DNA from: a bacterium
GTDB lineage: Bacteria; UBA8248
DNA length: 64,000 nt
NCBI GenBank assembly: GCA_965261085.1
Contig: OZ253442.1
Location: forward strand, 2,528,001-2,592,000
Reading direction: 5' to 3'
In this document: one piece after another, positions 26,605 through 36,728 of the stretch
How the letters are laid out: each line of letters opens with the position of its first letter
Position numbering within the stretch: position 1 is the first letter of the stretch
Position numbers and translations under genes: made by a program
Notes under the pieces: model-generated
What the model was told of the DNA's origin: nothing
Database searches by the model: none
The model's input: only the letters and a program-made list of their open reading frames with translations

Positions 26605-28389
26605 TTGAGCGAGCTTTTGGAACGAGGAAGAACCCACCATTGCGGAGCGCTTACCGCCTCGGATGTCGGCAGCGAAGTCGTCCTCATGGGCTGGGCGGGG
26701 TCGAACCGCGACCACGGCGGGCTGATTTTCATCGACTTGCGCGATCGCTACGGCGTCACCCAGGTGGTGGCCGACCCCTCGTATGACGAGGCCTCCCATG
26801 CCCTCGCCGAACGGGTGCGCGGCGAATGGGTTCTCGCCGTTCAGGGGGTGGTCATCGAACGCCCCGAGGGGATGGCGAACCCGAATCTCGCCACCGGCGA
26901 AATCGAAGTGCGGGTGACGAGGCTCGAAGTTCTGAGCGAGGCGAAGACGCCCCCCTTTGAAATAGATGATGAATCAGACGTCGGCGAAGCGCTGCGCCTT
27001 CAGTACCGCTACCTCGACTTGAGGCGGCCCGCCCTGCGGGAGAATTTCATCCGGCGTCACCAGGCGACCCAGGTGATTCGCAATTTCCTGACGGAAAACC
27101 AGTTCGTCGACGTCGAAACCCCGGTCCTCACGAGGAGCACCCCCGAGGGGGCGAGGGATTATCTGGTGCCGAGCCGGCTCGCGCGCGGGAATTTCTTTGC
27201 GCTTCCCCAGAGTCCCCAGATGTTCAAACAGATTCTCATGGTCGCTGGCTTCGATCGCTACTACCAGATCGTCAAGTGCTTTCGGGACGAGGACTTGCGC
27301 GCCGACAGACAGCCGGAGTTCACGCAAATTGACATCGAATGCTCCTTCCTGAACCGCGAAACCTTTTTCGGCCTCATGGAGGGTCTGGTGGCGAGGATAT
27401 GGAAAGAGGTGGGCGGGGTGGAAGTCGAGACGCCCTTTGAGCGGGTTCCCTACGCGGAGGCGATCGCGCAATACGGAACCGATAGGCCGGACAGGCGCTT
27501 CGGCATGAAGCTGGCCACCTTCACCGACGTGGCGCGGGCGAGCGAGTTCAAGGTGTTCAAGGGTGCGGTGGAAAAAGGAGGCGTGGCGCGGGCCATGGCG
27601 GGGCCGGGTATGGCGTCGGCCTCGAGAAAAGAGATAGACGAAATCATCGCGCGCGCGCAGGAGTTGGGCGCGGGTGGTCTCGCCTGGGCGAAGCGGACGG
27701 AAAAGGGATACGAGTCGAACATCACCAAGTTTTTTCCGGAAGGCCAGTTGGAGGAGATCGGCGCGAGAGCGGGCGTGGAGGTCGGTGATTTGTTGATGAT
27801 GGTGGCTGACGCACCTGCTGTAAGCGCGTCGGTTCTGGGACACTTGCGCGATGAACTCGGGGCGCGTCTGGGCCTGGTTTCCCGTAATGATGAGAAATTC
27901 GATTTTTGCTGGGTCGTGGATTTCCCGCTCCTGGAATATGACGAGGCGGAGAAGAGATTTTATGCGCTTCACCATCCCTTCACGGCGCCCGTGCCCGAGG
28001 ACGTAGCGCTGTTTGATTCCGACCCCGGCGCCATTCGCGCCCAGGCCTACGACATGGTGGTGAACGGGAGCGAAATCGGAGGCGGCAGCCAGAGAATCCA
28101 CCAGCGCGAGGTGCAGCAGAAAATGTTCGCCGCCCTGGACATGGAAGAAGAAGAGGCGCAGCGGCGCTTCGGCTTCTTCATGGAGGCGCTCGAGTTCGGC
28201 ACGCCGCCCCACGGGGGAATCGCGTTCGGCCTGGACCGGATTATGATGCTCCTGACGGGGGCTCCCTCCATCCGCGACGTCATTGCTTTTCCCAAGACCC
28301 AGAAAGCCACCTGCCTGATGACCGGCGCGCCGGCTTCGGTCGAGCGTCTTCAGCTCCGGGAATTGGGCATCGACGGGTCGGTCGGGTAG
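26605..28389 (+). CDS. aspS: Aspartate--tRNA ligase, probably non-discriminating (Asp/Asn)
   Basis: [50 protein letters not shown]; His in RDHGG and Gly in RPEG suggest the non-discriminating type. Confidence 0.98.
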   Translation: MSELLERGRTHHCGALTASDVGSEVVLMGWAGSNRDHGGLIFIDLRDRYGVTQVVADPSYDEASHALAERVRGEWVLAVQGVVIERPEGMANPNLATGEIEVRVTRLEVLSEAKTPPFEIDDESDVGEALRLQYRYLDLRRPALRENFIRRHQATQVIRNFLTENQFVDVETPVLTRSTPEGARDYLVPSRLARGNFFALPQSPQMFKQILMVAGFDRYYQIVKCFRDEDLRADRQPEFTQIDIECSFLNRETFFGLMEGLVARIWKEVGGVEVETPFERVPYAEAIAQYGTDRPDRRFGMKLATFTDVARASEFKVFKGAVEKGGVARAMAGPGMASASRKEIDEIIARAQELGAGGLAWAKRTEKGYESNITKFFPEGQLEEIGARAGVEVGDLLMMVADAPAVSASVLGHLRDELGARLGLVSRNDEKFDFCWVVDFPLLEYDEAEKRFYALHHPFTAPVPEDVALFDSDPGAIRAQAYDMVVNGSEIGGGSQRIHQREVQQKMFAALDMEEEEAQRRFGFFMEALEFGTPPHGGIAFGLDRIMMLLTGAPSIRDVIAFPKTQKATCLMTGAPASVERLQLRELGIDGSVG

Positions 28390-28397
28390 GGCGTCCG

Positions 28398-29387
28398 GTG
28401 TCGCGGAAGAAAAAAGAGCCTCGAACCCGGGGCGATGGACGCACGCTTGACCTCGATAAAATCTTGAGAAGCGGCGACGTTCGCCTTGAGACGCCCGAAG
28501 GGTTTCGCTCGGGCTTCATCGCCATCATTGGACGCCCGAACGTGGGTAAATCCACTCTTCTCAACCGCATCCTCGGAGAAAAACTCGCCATCGTCACCCG
28601 AAAGCCCGGAACCACGAGGCGCAGGCTTCTCGGCGTGTTGAACACAGAGGACGCGCAGGCGGCTTTTTTCGATACGCCGGGCATCGAGCGCCCCGCCTCG
28701 AAACTCGGGCGTTTTCTGCTCGAAGAGGTGAAGGCCGCCTGCTCGGGGGCGGACCTCGCCCTGTTCATGACGGACAACGCCAAGGGGGAGGTGGACGAAA
28801 ATGCGCTCGCCTTGATTGAGGATGCGGGCGTGCCCGCGTTTCTCGTCATCAACAAGGTGGATCTGATGAAGGACAAGACGAAACTCCTGCCCGTTCTGGC
28901 GAAACACGCCGGAGACGACGGATTCAAGAAAGTCTACCCGGTCTCGGCGCTCAAAGGGGATAACGTGGAGCCGCTGGTGGGAGATATCATCGAGGCTCTC
29001 CCTGAAGGCCCGAGATACTTTTCTCCCGATATGACGACCGACATCAGCGAAGCCCTCCTGATAGAAGAGTTCGTTCGCGAGCAGGTGTATCGTCTGCTAC
29101 ACAAGGAAGTCCCCTACGCCGTGGCGGTGAAGGTGCAGGAGATGGAGCGCGCCGAGGGTTCCGGTCTTTTGCACGTCGAGGCGGAAATCTATGTGGAGCG
29201 AAAGAGCCAGCGGGGTATTCTGGTGGGGAAGGGAGGCTCTCAGATCAAGAAAATCGGAGAATTTTCAAGAAAGGAGATCGAACGGCGACTTGGCGAGCAG
29301 ATATATCTCGGCCTCAAAGTGCGCATCAAACCCAACTGGCGGCAAAGGGACGCCGCGCTTCAGGAACTAGGGTATGAGAATGTCTAG
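28398..29387 (+). CDS. era: GTPase Era
   Basis: GRPNVGKST, DTPG, NKVD, C-terminal KH domain (GKGG..IK.IG). Confidence 0.97.
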   Translation: MSRKKKEPRTRGDGRTLDLDKILRSGDVRLETPEGFRSGFIAIIGRPNVGKSTLLNRILGEKLAIVTRKPGTTRRRLLGVLNTEDAQAAFFDTPGIERPASKLGRFLLEEVKAACSGADLALFMTDNAKGEVDENALALIEDAGVPAFLVINKVDLMKDKTKLLPVLAKHAGDDGFKKVYPVSALKGDNVEPLVGDIIEALPEGPRYFSPDMTTDISEALLIEEFVREQVYRLLHKEVPYAVAVKVQEMERAEGSGLLHVEAEIYVERKSQRGILVGKGGSQIKKIGEFSRKEIERRLGEQIYLGLKVRIKPNWRQRDAALQELGYENV

Positions 29388-29389
29388 GT

Positions 29390-29578
29390 TTAGCGATTCT
29401 GGGCGCGCATGCGCTTTTTGTGCGCGGCGAGTATCTTTCTTTTGCGCTTTACGCTGGGTTTCTCGTAATACTCTCGCTTTTTGATTTCCGTGAGAATGCC
29501 TGATTTTTCGCATTGTTTCTTGAACTGTTTCAAAGCCTTGTCGATGGATTCACCCTCGTGTACTTTCACGCCTGGCAT
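29390..29578 (-). CDS. rpsU: 30S ribosomal protein S21
   Basis: ALK.FKK.CEKSG...KREYYEKPS. Confidence 0.96.
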   Translation of the reverse strand: MPGVKVHEGESIDKALKQFKKQCEKSGILTEIKKREYYEKPSVKRKRKILAAHKKRMRAQNR

Positions 29579-29706
29579 ATTGGTTATGATTCCTCCCGTT
29601 TGCGGTATGAGACGACAGAAAATAGAATCTTTCAGGCCGCAAACTATCTCTCATCCACGGGATTTCGTCAAGACCTAAAGATCAAGACCTGTTGGGAGGC
29701 GTTTTC

Positions 29707-30459
29707 TTGGCGGTTCTCACCGATGAAGCCATCGTCCTGGGCGCGCGCCCATACTCGAATACGAGCCTGATAGTCACGTTTCTGACCAAAGAACAGGGAA
29801 AGGTGCGCCTGGTGGCCAGAGGCGTGCGATCGGCGAAGTCGAGGTTGGGCGTCGCACTAGAACCCGCGAGCGAGAGTCATCTCGAATGGAGCCGGCGCGG
29901 CGGCTCGGATTTGGGCACGATGCGAAAATGCGAGACGACCCGGGTCTACCAAAGGCTCTGGAAGGACTATGAGGCCATGCGGGTGGCGTCGCGCCTTTTG
30001 AAGATACTCGATGTGGTGCTGGGCGTGGGCGAGGGCGAGGGCGCGCACTTTCGGTTGCTCAAATCCTCGCTCGAAACCCTGGAGACGGGCGCGAGCACAG
30101 CGGGCATGGAGGGAATCTTCCTCCTGATGTTGCTCAAGACGATGGGTCTCGGCCCGGGCCTCGACTATTGCGCGGCGTGTGAGAAAAAACCGGGGAGCGA
30201 GACGGCGCGTTTCGACCTACCGACGGGCGAGATTCGCTGCGCGAGATGCCCGGAGCCGCCTGCGCGTGAAATGCGCCTGCGCGCCGGCGCTGTCGCCGCG
30301 ATGAGAGAGATTCTTCGCCTGACGCCCGATAAGTGTTTTTCTATCCAATTCGCCGCATCCCTGGGGTCAGAGATCATCGGGTGCGCAGAGGCATTTTTGC
30401 AATTTCATGGCGGAAAGAACCTGCCCGGGCGATCGGGCCGCACCCGCGTTTCGCGTTGA
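29707..30459 (+). CDS. recO: DNA repair protein RecO
   Basis: AIVL....Y.....IVTFLT...GKV...ARG; CxxC...CxxC Zn finger. Confidence 0.92.
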   Translation: MAVLTDEAIVLGARPYSNTSLIVTFLTKEQGKVRLVARGVRSAKSRLGVALEPASESHLEWSRRGGSDLGTMRKCETTRVYQRLWKDYEAMRVASRLLKILDVVLGVGEGEGAHFRLLKSSLETLETGASTAGMEGIFLLMLLKTMGLGPGLDYCAACEKKPGSETARFDLPTGEIRCARCPEPPAREMRLRAGAVAAMREILRLTPDKCFSIQFAASLGSEIIGCAEAFLQFHGGKNLPGRSGRTRVSR

Positions 30460-30525
30460 CGGAATCCAGCGGGAGCGGTATTTGTTCCTCTCTTTGCGCC
30501 GGTTGTTTTTTTTCATGAGGCTTTT

Positions 30526-32205
30526 GTGCTGAAAAAACTGATGGTCCCCATATTCGAGAACGCATTTGAAAGCGCGCGCGCGGCGGGTGATTTGACTTCC
30601 GAGGAGAGACCGGCGGTCGTCATCGAGACGCCGCAGAACGAGGCTTTCGGCGATTTTTCCTGCAACATCGCGATGACGCTGGCCAGAGCCGAGCGCAAGG
30701 CTCCCCTGGTGATTGCGGAGCAAATTGTAAAACACTTCGAGGCGCCGGAAGGATTTTTGAAAGACGTTCGAATCGAAAAGCCGGGCTTCATCAACCTCTA
30801 TCTCGATGGAGATTACCTGTGCGCGAAGCTCAAGGAGATATTGTCCTCGCCGGATGATTTTGGAAAAAACGAATTGGGGGCGGGCAAATCCGTTTATCTC
30901 GAGTTCGTGAGCGCAAACCCCACGGGTCCGCTTCACGTCGGTCATGGCCGGGGCGCGGCGCTGGGCGACGTTCTGGGGCGCGTGCTGGAGGCATCGGGCT
31001 TTCGCGTGCACCGGGAATATTACATCAACGATGCGGGCAATCAGATCGAGACGCTGGCGAAATCGGCCTACGCGCGCTACTTGCAAGACGTGAGGGGCGA
31101 GGCGGTGGACTTTCCGGAGGATGCCTACCAGGGCGAATACATTCGCGAGATCGTCAAGTCGCCCAGGTTCCTGGAGGGCGTCGAGCCGTTCGTCGGGAAG
31201 GGAGAAAAAGCCCTTCTCTCGCAGGCGGGCGTGATAGCCAAGGATTTGATACTGGAGGACATCAAAAAATCCCTCGCCGAATTCCGGGTTCATTTCGATG
31301 AATGGTTCAGCGAGGCTTCCTTGTTCTCGGAAAACGGGAACAGGGTCGAGAAAGCGATCGCCGCGCTCGAGGCGAACAAAAAACTCTATGAGAAAGACGG
31401 AGCCAGGTGGCTTGCTTCGAGCGCGCACGGAGACGAGAAGGACCGCGTTGTGGTTCGGGACGATGGCCGCCCGACCTATCTGGCTTCGGACATCGCCTAT
31501 CATCACCTCAAGTACGAGCGCGGCTTCGACCGCTACATCAACGTGTGGGGGGCGGATCATCACGGGTATCTGCCTCGGGTGCGCGCGGCGGTGGAGATGC
31601 TCGGCCATGAACCCGAAAAGCTCGACGTTCTCTTCGTTCAGTTCGTGAGCTTGCGCCGTGGCGGCGAGGCGGTGCAGATGAGCACGCGCTCGGGCGAGTT
31701 CGAGGAATTATCCTCCGTGGTGAATGAAGTGGGCGTGGACGCGGCCCGTTTTTTCTTCCTGATGAGGAGCGCGGACACGGCGCTGGAGTTCGACCTGGAT
31801 TTGGCGAAAGAACAAAGCAGCGAGAATCCGGTCTACTATGTTCAATACGCCCATGCGCGCGCGTGCAGTCTTTTCAGGCAGGCGGCGGAAGAAGGCGAAT
31901 CGCCCGGTGACCTCGATGAGGCGCCTCCCCGAGTGCTCGTGCTGGACGAGGAGCACGGGCTTATGAAGAGCCTCCTCGAATGGCCCGACGTGGTGCGAAC
32001 CGCGGCCGAGAGGCTGGAGCCCCACCACGTCACATTCGGCCTCATGGCTCTCGCCAAACAGTTTCATGCCTATTATAATCGCAACCGCATACTGGGACAG
32101 CGCGAGGAGATCACACACGCCCGCCTGTGTCTCACGAAGTGCGTGCAAGTCGTCTTGAAAAGCGGCTTGAATTTGATGGGAGTCTCCGCTCCCGAGAAGA
32201 TGTAG
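30526..32205 (+). CDS. argS: Arginine--tRNA ligase
   Basis: EFVSANPTGPLHVGHGR, WGADHHGY, MSTRSG, YVQYAHAR. Confidence 0.98.
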   Translation: MLKKLMVPIFENAFESARAAGDLTSEERPAVVIETPQNEAFGDFSCNIAMTLARAERKAPLVIAEQIVKHFEAPEGFLKDVRIEKPGFINLYLDGDYLCAKLKEILSSPDDFGKNELGAGKSVYLEFVSANPTGPLHVGHGRGAALGDVLGRVLEASGFRVHREYYINDAGNQIETLAKSAYARYLQDVRGEAVDFPEDAYQGEYIREIVKSPRFLEGVEPFVGKGEKALLSQAGVIAKDLILEDIKKSLAEFRVHFDEWFSEASLFSENGNRVEKAIAALEANKKLYEKDGARWLASSAHGDEKDRVVVRDDGRPTYLASDIAYHHLKYERGFDRYINVWGADHHGYLPRVRAAVEMLGHEPEKLDVLFVQFVSLRRGGEAVQMSTRSGEFEELSSVVNEVGVDAARFFFLMRSADTALEFDLDLAKEQSSENPVYYVQYAHARACSLFRQAAEEGESPGDLDEAPPRVLVLDEEHGLMKSLLEWPDVVRTAAERLEPHHVTFGLMALAKQFHAYYNRNRILGQREEITHARLCLTKCVQVVLKSGLNLMGVSAPEKM

Positions 32206-32237
32206 TCAGCATCCGCCCACGGAAAACGAGAAGGCCC

Positions 32238-33038
32238 ATGAAGTCCCGGCGCCGCGCACCCGTAAAGCGCTACCGGATTACTTACGACAAACTCGAAGCC
32301 GGCGTTTTCGTGCTCTTCCTCCTCGTGGTGACGGGCGCGTCCTTCGGCTTCGGCTACTTCTGGGGTGCGCGCGGCGCATCGAGTGAGGTGGCCGGGGTTG
32401 CGGCCGAACCCGCAGGCCTCGAAAGGGGCAAGGGTGAAAATGCCGCGCCCAAGGCGGTCGTCGCCTTGAAAAAGACGCCCGAACGAAAAAAACCGCCCGA
32501 ACGTGAGGTGGCGGACAAACCGGCGGCTCCTATCCAACCGAAATTTTATCAGGACCTGCTCAAGGAAGGACAGGAAAACGAGCAGCCCATCGAACCCATC
32601 AAGCTGCCGGTGATGAGAAAGAAAAGAGCGCCTGAAACGACGCCTACGCCCCCGCCTGTGGCGGCGGTGGAGAAGCCTCCCGAGGAGAAGGTTGCCGAGC
32701 CGAAGGTTGTCGAGAAGCAAGACGATATGGATGCGCTCGATGAGGAACTCAAAAAGCAGGCGGCGGCGAGTCTGCGCGCCTCCAAACCCTGGACGAAAGC
32801 AAGCGGATATACCATTCAGGTTATTTCGGTCAAGACATTCGATGAGGCGCTTCGAACCGTCCGGAGGCTGAGGAACACGGGCTTTCAACCCTACATCAGG
32901 AATGCGGATCTCGGCGCCAGGGGAACGTGGTACCGCGTCCGGGTGGGCCACTACCGGGACAAGGAGGAGGCCCGAAAAGCGCTCTCCGAGATCAGGGCGA
33001 AAATGAACCTCGTGGGGGCCAAAATCGCTCCTATGTAA
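32238..33038 (+). CDS. SPOR domain membrane protein (FtsN-like)
   Basis: N-terminal TM helix, Pro/Lys-rich linker, YTIQV.S...WYRVRVG SPOR domain; follows argS. Confidence 0.85.
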   Translation: MKSRRRAPVKRYRITYDKLEAGVFVLFLLVVTGASFGFGYFWGARGASSEVAGVAAEPAGLERGKGENAAPKAVVALKKTPERKKPPEREVADKPAAPIQPKFYQDLLKEGQENEQPIEPIKLPVMRKKRAPETTPTPPPVAAVEKPPEEKVAEPKVVEKQDDMDALDEELKKQAAASLRASKPWTKASGYTIQVISVKTFDEALRTVRRLRNTGFQPYIRNADLGARGTWYRVRVGHYRDKEEARKALSEIRAKMNLVGAKIAPM

Positions 33039-33091
33039 AGTAATTTTGAATACAATGATTTGCAGTTTATTTGCTATAAATAGCTTTAATC

Positions 33092-33120
33092 TTGACACCT
33101 GCGGTTTCCGTTCCTAAGAT
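33092..33120 (+). promoter_or_regulatory. Putative sigma70 promoter of the lipA operon
   Basis: TTGACA, 17-nt spacer, TAAGAT; AT-rich upstream tract. Confidence 0.75.
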
Positions 33121-33155
33121 GCAGCCTCCCGATTCCCGGGAGCGGAGGCAATTCG

Positions 33156-34139
33156 ATGGCTTCTCGACGCTTTCCCCCCTGGCTCGTAAAGCGGCTGCCG
33201 AGTCCGAGCCGTTCTCACGAAGTCAAGGCGCTGATGCGCAACAAGCATCTGCACACCGTGTGCGAGGAAGCCCGATGCCCGAACCTGTTCGAGTGTTTTT
33301 CCCGCAATACGGCCACCTTCATGATTGGCGGGGATGTATGCACCAGAACTTGCGGCTATTGCGCTGTCACGAAGGGCGCGCCGGAGCCTCTGGACGTAAG
33401 GGAGCCGCTGCATGTGGCCGAAGCCGCGAAATTACTGGGTCTGAAGCATGTGGTCGTCACGATGGTGAATCGCGATGATTTGCCCGATGGCGCGGCCGGC
33501 CACGTGGTGGCGACCATCGAAGCGATTCGCGAATTGCTGCCGCAGACCACGGTGGAGGTTCTGGTGAGTGATTTCATGGGCGATTTCGATGCGGTCGAGC
33601 GGGTGGTTCGCGCCGGACCGGATGTTTTTAACCATAACATCGAGACGGTGCGGCGCCTGTTCAAGAGTACACGGCCCAACGGCGATTATGAGCGCTCGCT
33701 GCGCGTCATCGGCATGGCGAGGGATATCGAGCCGGAGATGGTGACGAAAAGCGGCGTCATGGTCGGCATGGGCGAAACGGAAGAGGACGTCCTCTCCTTG
33801 ATGGATGATTTAAGAGACGAGAGGGTCGATTGCCGGGTCATGACGATCGGCCAGTATCTTTCGCCCCAAAAAAAGGCGATTCCCGTTCGCGAATACATTC
33901 ACCCGGACGTATATGCGCGCTACCGGCGCGCGGGCGAGGCGAGGGGTTTCGGGCACGTGTTCGCGGGTCCTTTCGTGAGAAGCTCCTACAATGCGGAGGA
34001 GGCCCTGCACGCCTCCCAAGGGTTGGGGGAGGGGAAATTGCAAGGAGACCCCGAGGGCCGCGCCTTTATGACGACGGATGGCTCGGGCCGTAATGTACCG
34101 GCTCCCTCCCATCGCCTGATATCCTTACCGGTTAGTTGA
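33156..34139 (+). CDS. lipA: Lipoyl synthase
   Basis: CEEARCPNLFEC, CTRTCGYC, NHNIETV, GQYL.P, VRSSY. Confidence 0.97.
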   Translation: MASRRFPPWLVKRLPSPSRSHEVKALMRNKHLHTVCEEARCPNLFECFSRNTATFMIGGDVCTRTCGYCAVTKGAPEPLDVREPLHVAEAAKLLGLKHVVVTMVNRDDLPDGAAGHVVATIEAIRELLPQTTVEVLVSDFMGDFDAVERVVRAGPDVFNHNIETVRRLFKSTRPNGDYERSLRVIGMARDIEPEMVTKSGVMVGMGETEEDVLSLMDDLRDERVDCRVMTIGQYLSPQKKAIPVREYIHPDVYARYRRAGEARGFGHVFAGPFVRSSYNAEEALHASQGLGEGKLQGDPEGRAFMTTDGSGRNVPAPSHRLISLPVS

Positions 34140-34151
34140 GGATTCTTGATC

Positions 34152-35348
34152 ATGCATGAGTTCCAGCGCATTACGCGCCTGCCGCCTTATGTCTTCGCGG
34201 GCGTCGATGAACTGAAAATCGAGGCCCGCCGCCGAGGCGTCGACATCATCGATTTCGGTATGGGGAATCCCGACCTCGCCACCCCGCCGCACATCGTGGA
34301 AAAGCTCGTGGAGGCGGCGACGAACCCCAGAAATCACCGCTACAGCGCTTCGCGCGGCATCACCCGGCTGCGGATGGCCATCGCAGATTGGTACGGCCGC
34401 CGCTATGACGTGAATATCGACCCCGAAGAGGAGGCCATCGTCACCATCGGCGTGAAGGAGGGCATCTCCCATCTGGCGTTGGCCATCACGAACCCGGGCG
34501 ATTTGGTCATGGTGCCGAGTCCCACATACCCCATCCATACCTACGCCATGGTGCTGGCGAACGGCAATGTGATTCACGTGCCGCTCTCGCAGGGGGATGA
34601 TTTTTTCGAGAGCATGACCGACATCATCCGTCCGATATGGCCGCGGCCGAAAATTCTCGTCTTGAGTTTTCCGCACAACCCCACCACGGTTTGCGTGGAT
34701 CTTGATTTTTTTGAAAAAGTCGTCGCCTTCGCGAAAGAGTACAACCTCATCATCGTGCATGATTTCGCCTATGCCGACTTAGGCTTCGATGGCTACGAGC
34801 CGCCCAGCATATTGCAGGTGAAGGGCGCCAAGGATGTGAGCGTGGAGTTTTTCTCGCTCTCCAAGAGCTACTCGATGCCCGGCTGGCGGATGGGCTTCGC
34901 CGTGGGGAACCGCGAGATTATCAGCGCGCTCAGGCGCATCAAGAGCTACCTGGACTACGGCGCGTTCCAACCCATCCAGATTGCGTCGATCATCGCGCTG
35001 AACGGCCCTCAGGAATGTGTCGAGGAAATCCGGCAGATCTACCAGAGTCGTCGCGACGCGCTGTGCAACGGGTTGGATAGAATCGGCTGGCACGTTCCAA
35101 AACCCAAAGGCACGATGTTCGTCTGGGCGGAGATTCCCGAACCCTATAAAGAAATGGGTTCTCTGGAGTTCTCCAAGTTCTTGTTGAAGGAAACGGAAGT
35201 GGCCGTATCGCCGGGGGTCGGCTTCGGCGAGTTGGGGGATGGGCACGTACGCTTCGCGCTCGTGGAGAATGAGCACCGCACACGGCAGGCGCTCAAAAAC
35301 CTCCGCTCCATATTTCAGGAAAAGGCGTCCAGGCGAGCGGCGAGCTAG
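34152..35348 (+). CDS. alaC: Class I/II PLP-dependent aminotransferase (AlaC-like)
   Basis: [29 protein letters not shown]; precedes hom. Confidence 0.85.
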   Translation: MHEFQRITRLPPYVFAGVDELKIEARRRGVDIIDFGMGNPDLATPPHIVEKLVEAATNPRNHRYSASRGITRLRMAIADWYGRRYDVNIDPEEEAIVTIGVKEGISHLALAITNPGDLVMVPSPTYPIHTYAMVLANGNVIHVPLSQGDDFFESMTDIIRPIWPRPKILVLSFPHNPTTVCVDLDFFEKVVAFAKEYNLIIVHDFAYADLGFDGYEPPSILQVKGAKDVSVEFFSLSKSYSMPGWRMGFAVGNREIISALRRIKSYLDYGAFQPIQIASIIALNGPQECVEEIRQIYQSRRDALCNGLDRIGWHVPKPKGTMFVWAEIPEPYKEMGSLEFSKFLLKETEVAVSPGVGFGELGDGHVRFALVENEHRTRQALKNLRSIFQEKASRRAAS

Positions 35349-35374
35349 TCCGCCGCTTGATCGAGACGAGGGAC

Positions 35375-36703
35375 ATGAAGAAAATTTGCGTCGGCATATT
35401 GGGCTTGGGTACGGTCGGAAGCGGTGTGGTGAATCTGCTCGACGAGCAGCGTGAGTTGATCAAAAGGCGTCTTGGCGTGGAGGTATGCGTCTCGAGAATC
35501 GCGGACCGCAGCATCTTCACCAAGAACAAGACGGCGCGCGGAGTGGCTGCCGAGAATCTGGGTACGGATTTCGAGGCGGTAATCGATGCGCCCGACGTGC
35601 ACGTGGTCGCGGAACTCATCGGTGGAACGGATGACGCCAGGCGTCACATCCTGCGGGCGATCGGAAAGAAAAAGCCGGTCGTGACCGCGAACAAGGCGGT
35701 GCTCGCCGTCCACGGGGAGGAGATATTCGCCGCGGCGGAGAAGGCGGGCTGTCCGCTGGGTTTCGAGGCGTCCGTCGCGGGCGGCATTCCGATAATCAGA
35801 AACTTACGCGAGGCTTTCGCGGCGGATAAAATCGAGAGTCTCGCCGGCATCCTGAACGGCACGTGCAACTATATTTTGAGCTGTATGACGGAGATGGGCG
35901 CGGATTTCGGTGAAACGCTAAAGCGTGCGCAGGAACTCGGCTATGCGGAAGCCGATCCGGCTTTTGACATCGACGGTGTCGATGCGTCGCACAAGATAGC
36001 GATTCTGGCGAATCTGGCCTATGGAACACCTGTGGACGTCGAGGCGTACCACACCGAGGGGATTCGCTACATCACGTCCGTTGACATCGACATCGCCAAA
36101 GAACTCGGTTACCGAATCAAGCTCATTGCCATGGCGCAAGAGCAGGACGGGAAACTCGACATCCGCGTTCACCCGACGATGCTTCCCGAGAGCCACCCTC
36201 TCTCGCAGGTGGGAGGGGTCTATAATGCGGTGGCCGTCTCGGGGGCGAATGCAGGGCCCCAGGTTTTCATCGGCAAAGGCGCGGGCTCGGAGGCCACGGC
36301 TTCCGCCGTGGTGGGCGACATCATCGAAGTGGCGAGGTGGCTCAAGAATGGCGGTGACTCGCGTATTCCCGCCGCCGCTTTTTTACCTGACCAGCGCGAG
36401 CGCCTCGACATCCTGGCGCCTCGGGAAATTTCGACGCGCTTCTACGTTCGCTTCGCGGCTGTGGATAAGCCGGGGGTGTTGAGCCGGATCTCCGGCGTTT
36501 TCGGCGAACACGACATCAGCCTCGAAACCGTCGTCCAGAAGGGCCGCGCCGACGAGGACGGTTATGCCCGTCTGGTGCTGCTCACCCACAAGGCGACGGA
36601 GGAGAACATGCAAAACGCGCTCGAGGAGATTTCCCGCCTCGACGTGGTGCAATCTGCTTACGCGCTTATTCGTGTGGAATCGGACGGCATGGCTTTCATG
36701 TGA
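35375..36703 (+). CDS. hom: Homoserine dehydrogenase with C-terminal ACT domain
   Basis: GLGTVGSG, VVTANK, FEASVAGGIP, GILNGTCN, GYAEADP..D. Confidence 0.97.
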   Translation: MKKICVGILGLGTVGSGVVNLLDEQRELIKRRLGVEVCVSRIADRSIFTKNKTARGVAAENLGTDFEAVIDAPDVHVVAELIGGTDDARRHILRAIGKKKPVVTANKAVLAVHGEEIFAAAEKAGCPLGFEASVAGGIPIIRNLREAFAADKIESLAGILNGTCNYILSCMTEMGADFGETLKRAQELGYAEADPAFDIDGVDASHKIAILANLAYGTPVDVEAYHTEGIRYITSVDIDIAKELGYRIKLIAMAQEQDGKLDIRVHPTMLPESHPLSQVGGVYNAVAVSGANAGPQVFIGKGAGSEATASAVVGDIIEVARWLKNGGDSRIPAAAFLPDQRERLDILAPREISTRFYVRFAAVDKPGVLSRISGVFGEHDISLETVVQKGRADEDGYARLVLLTHKATEENMQNALEEISRLDVVQSAYALIRVESDGMAFM

Positions 36704-36728
36704 CCAAGCAGACAAGAGTTCATCCCTG

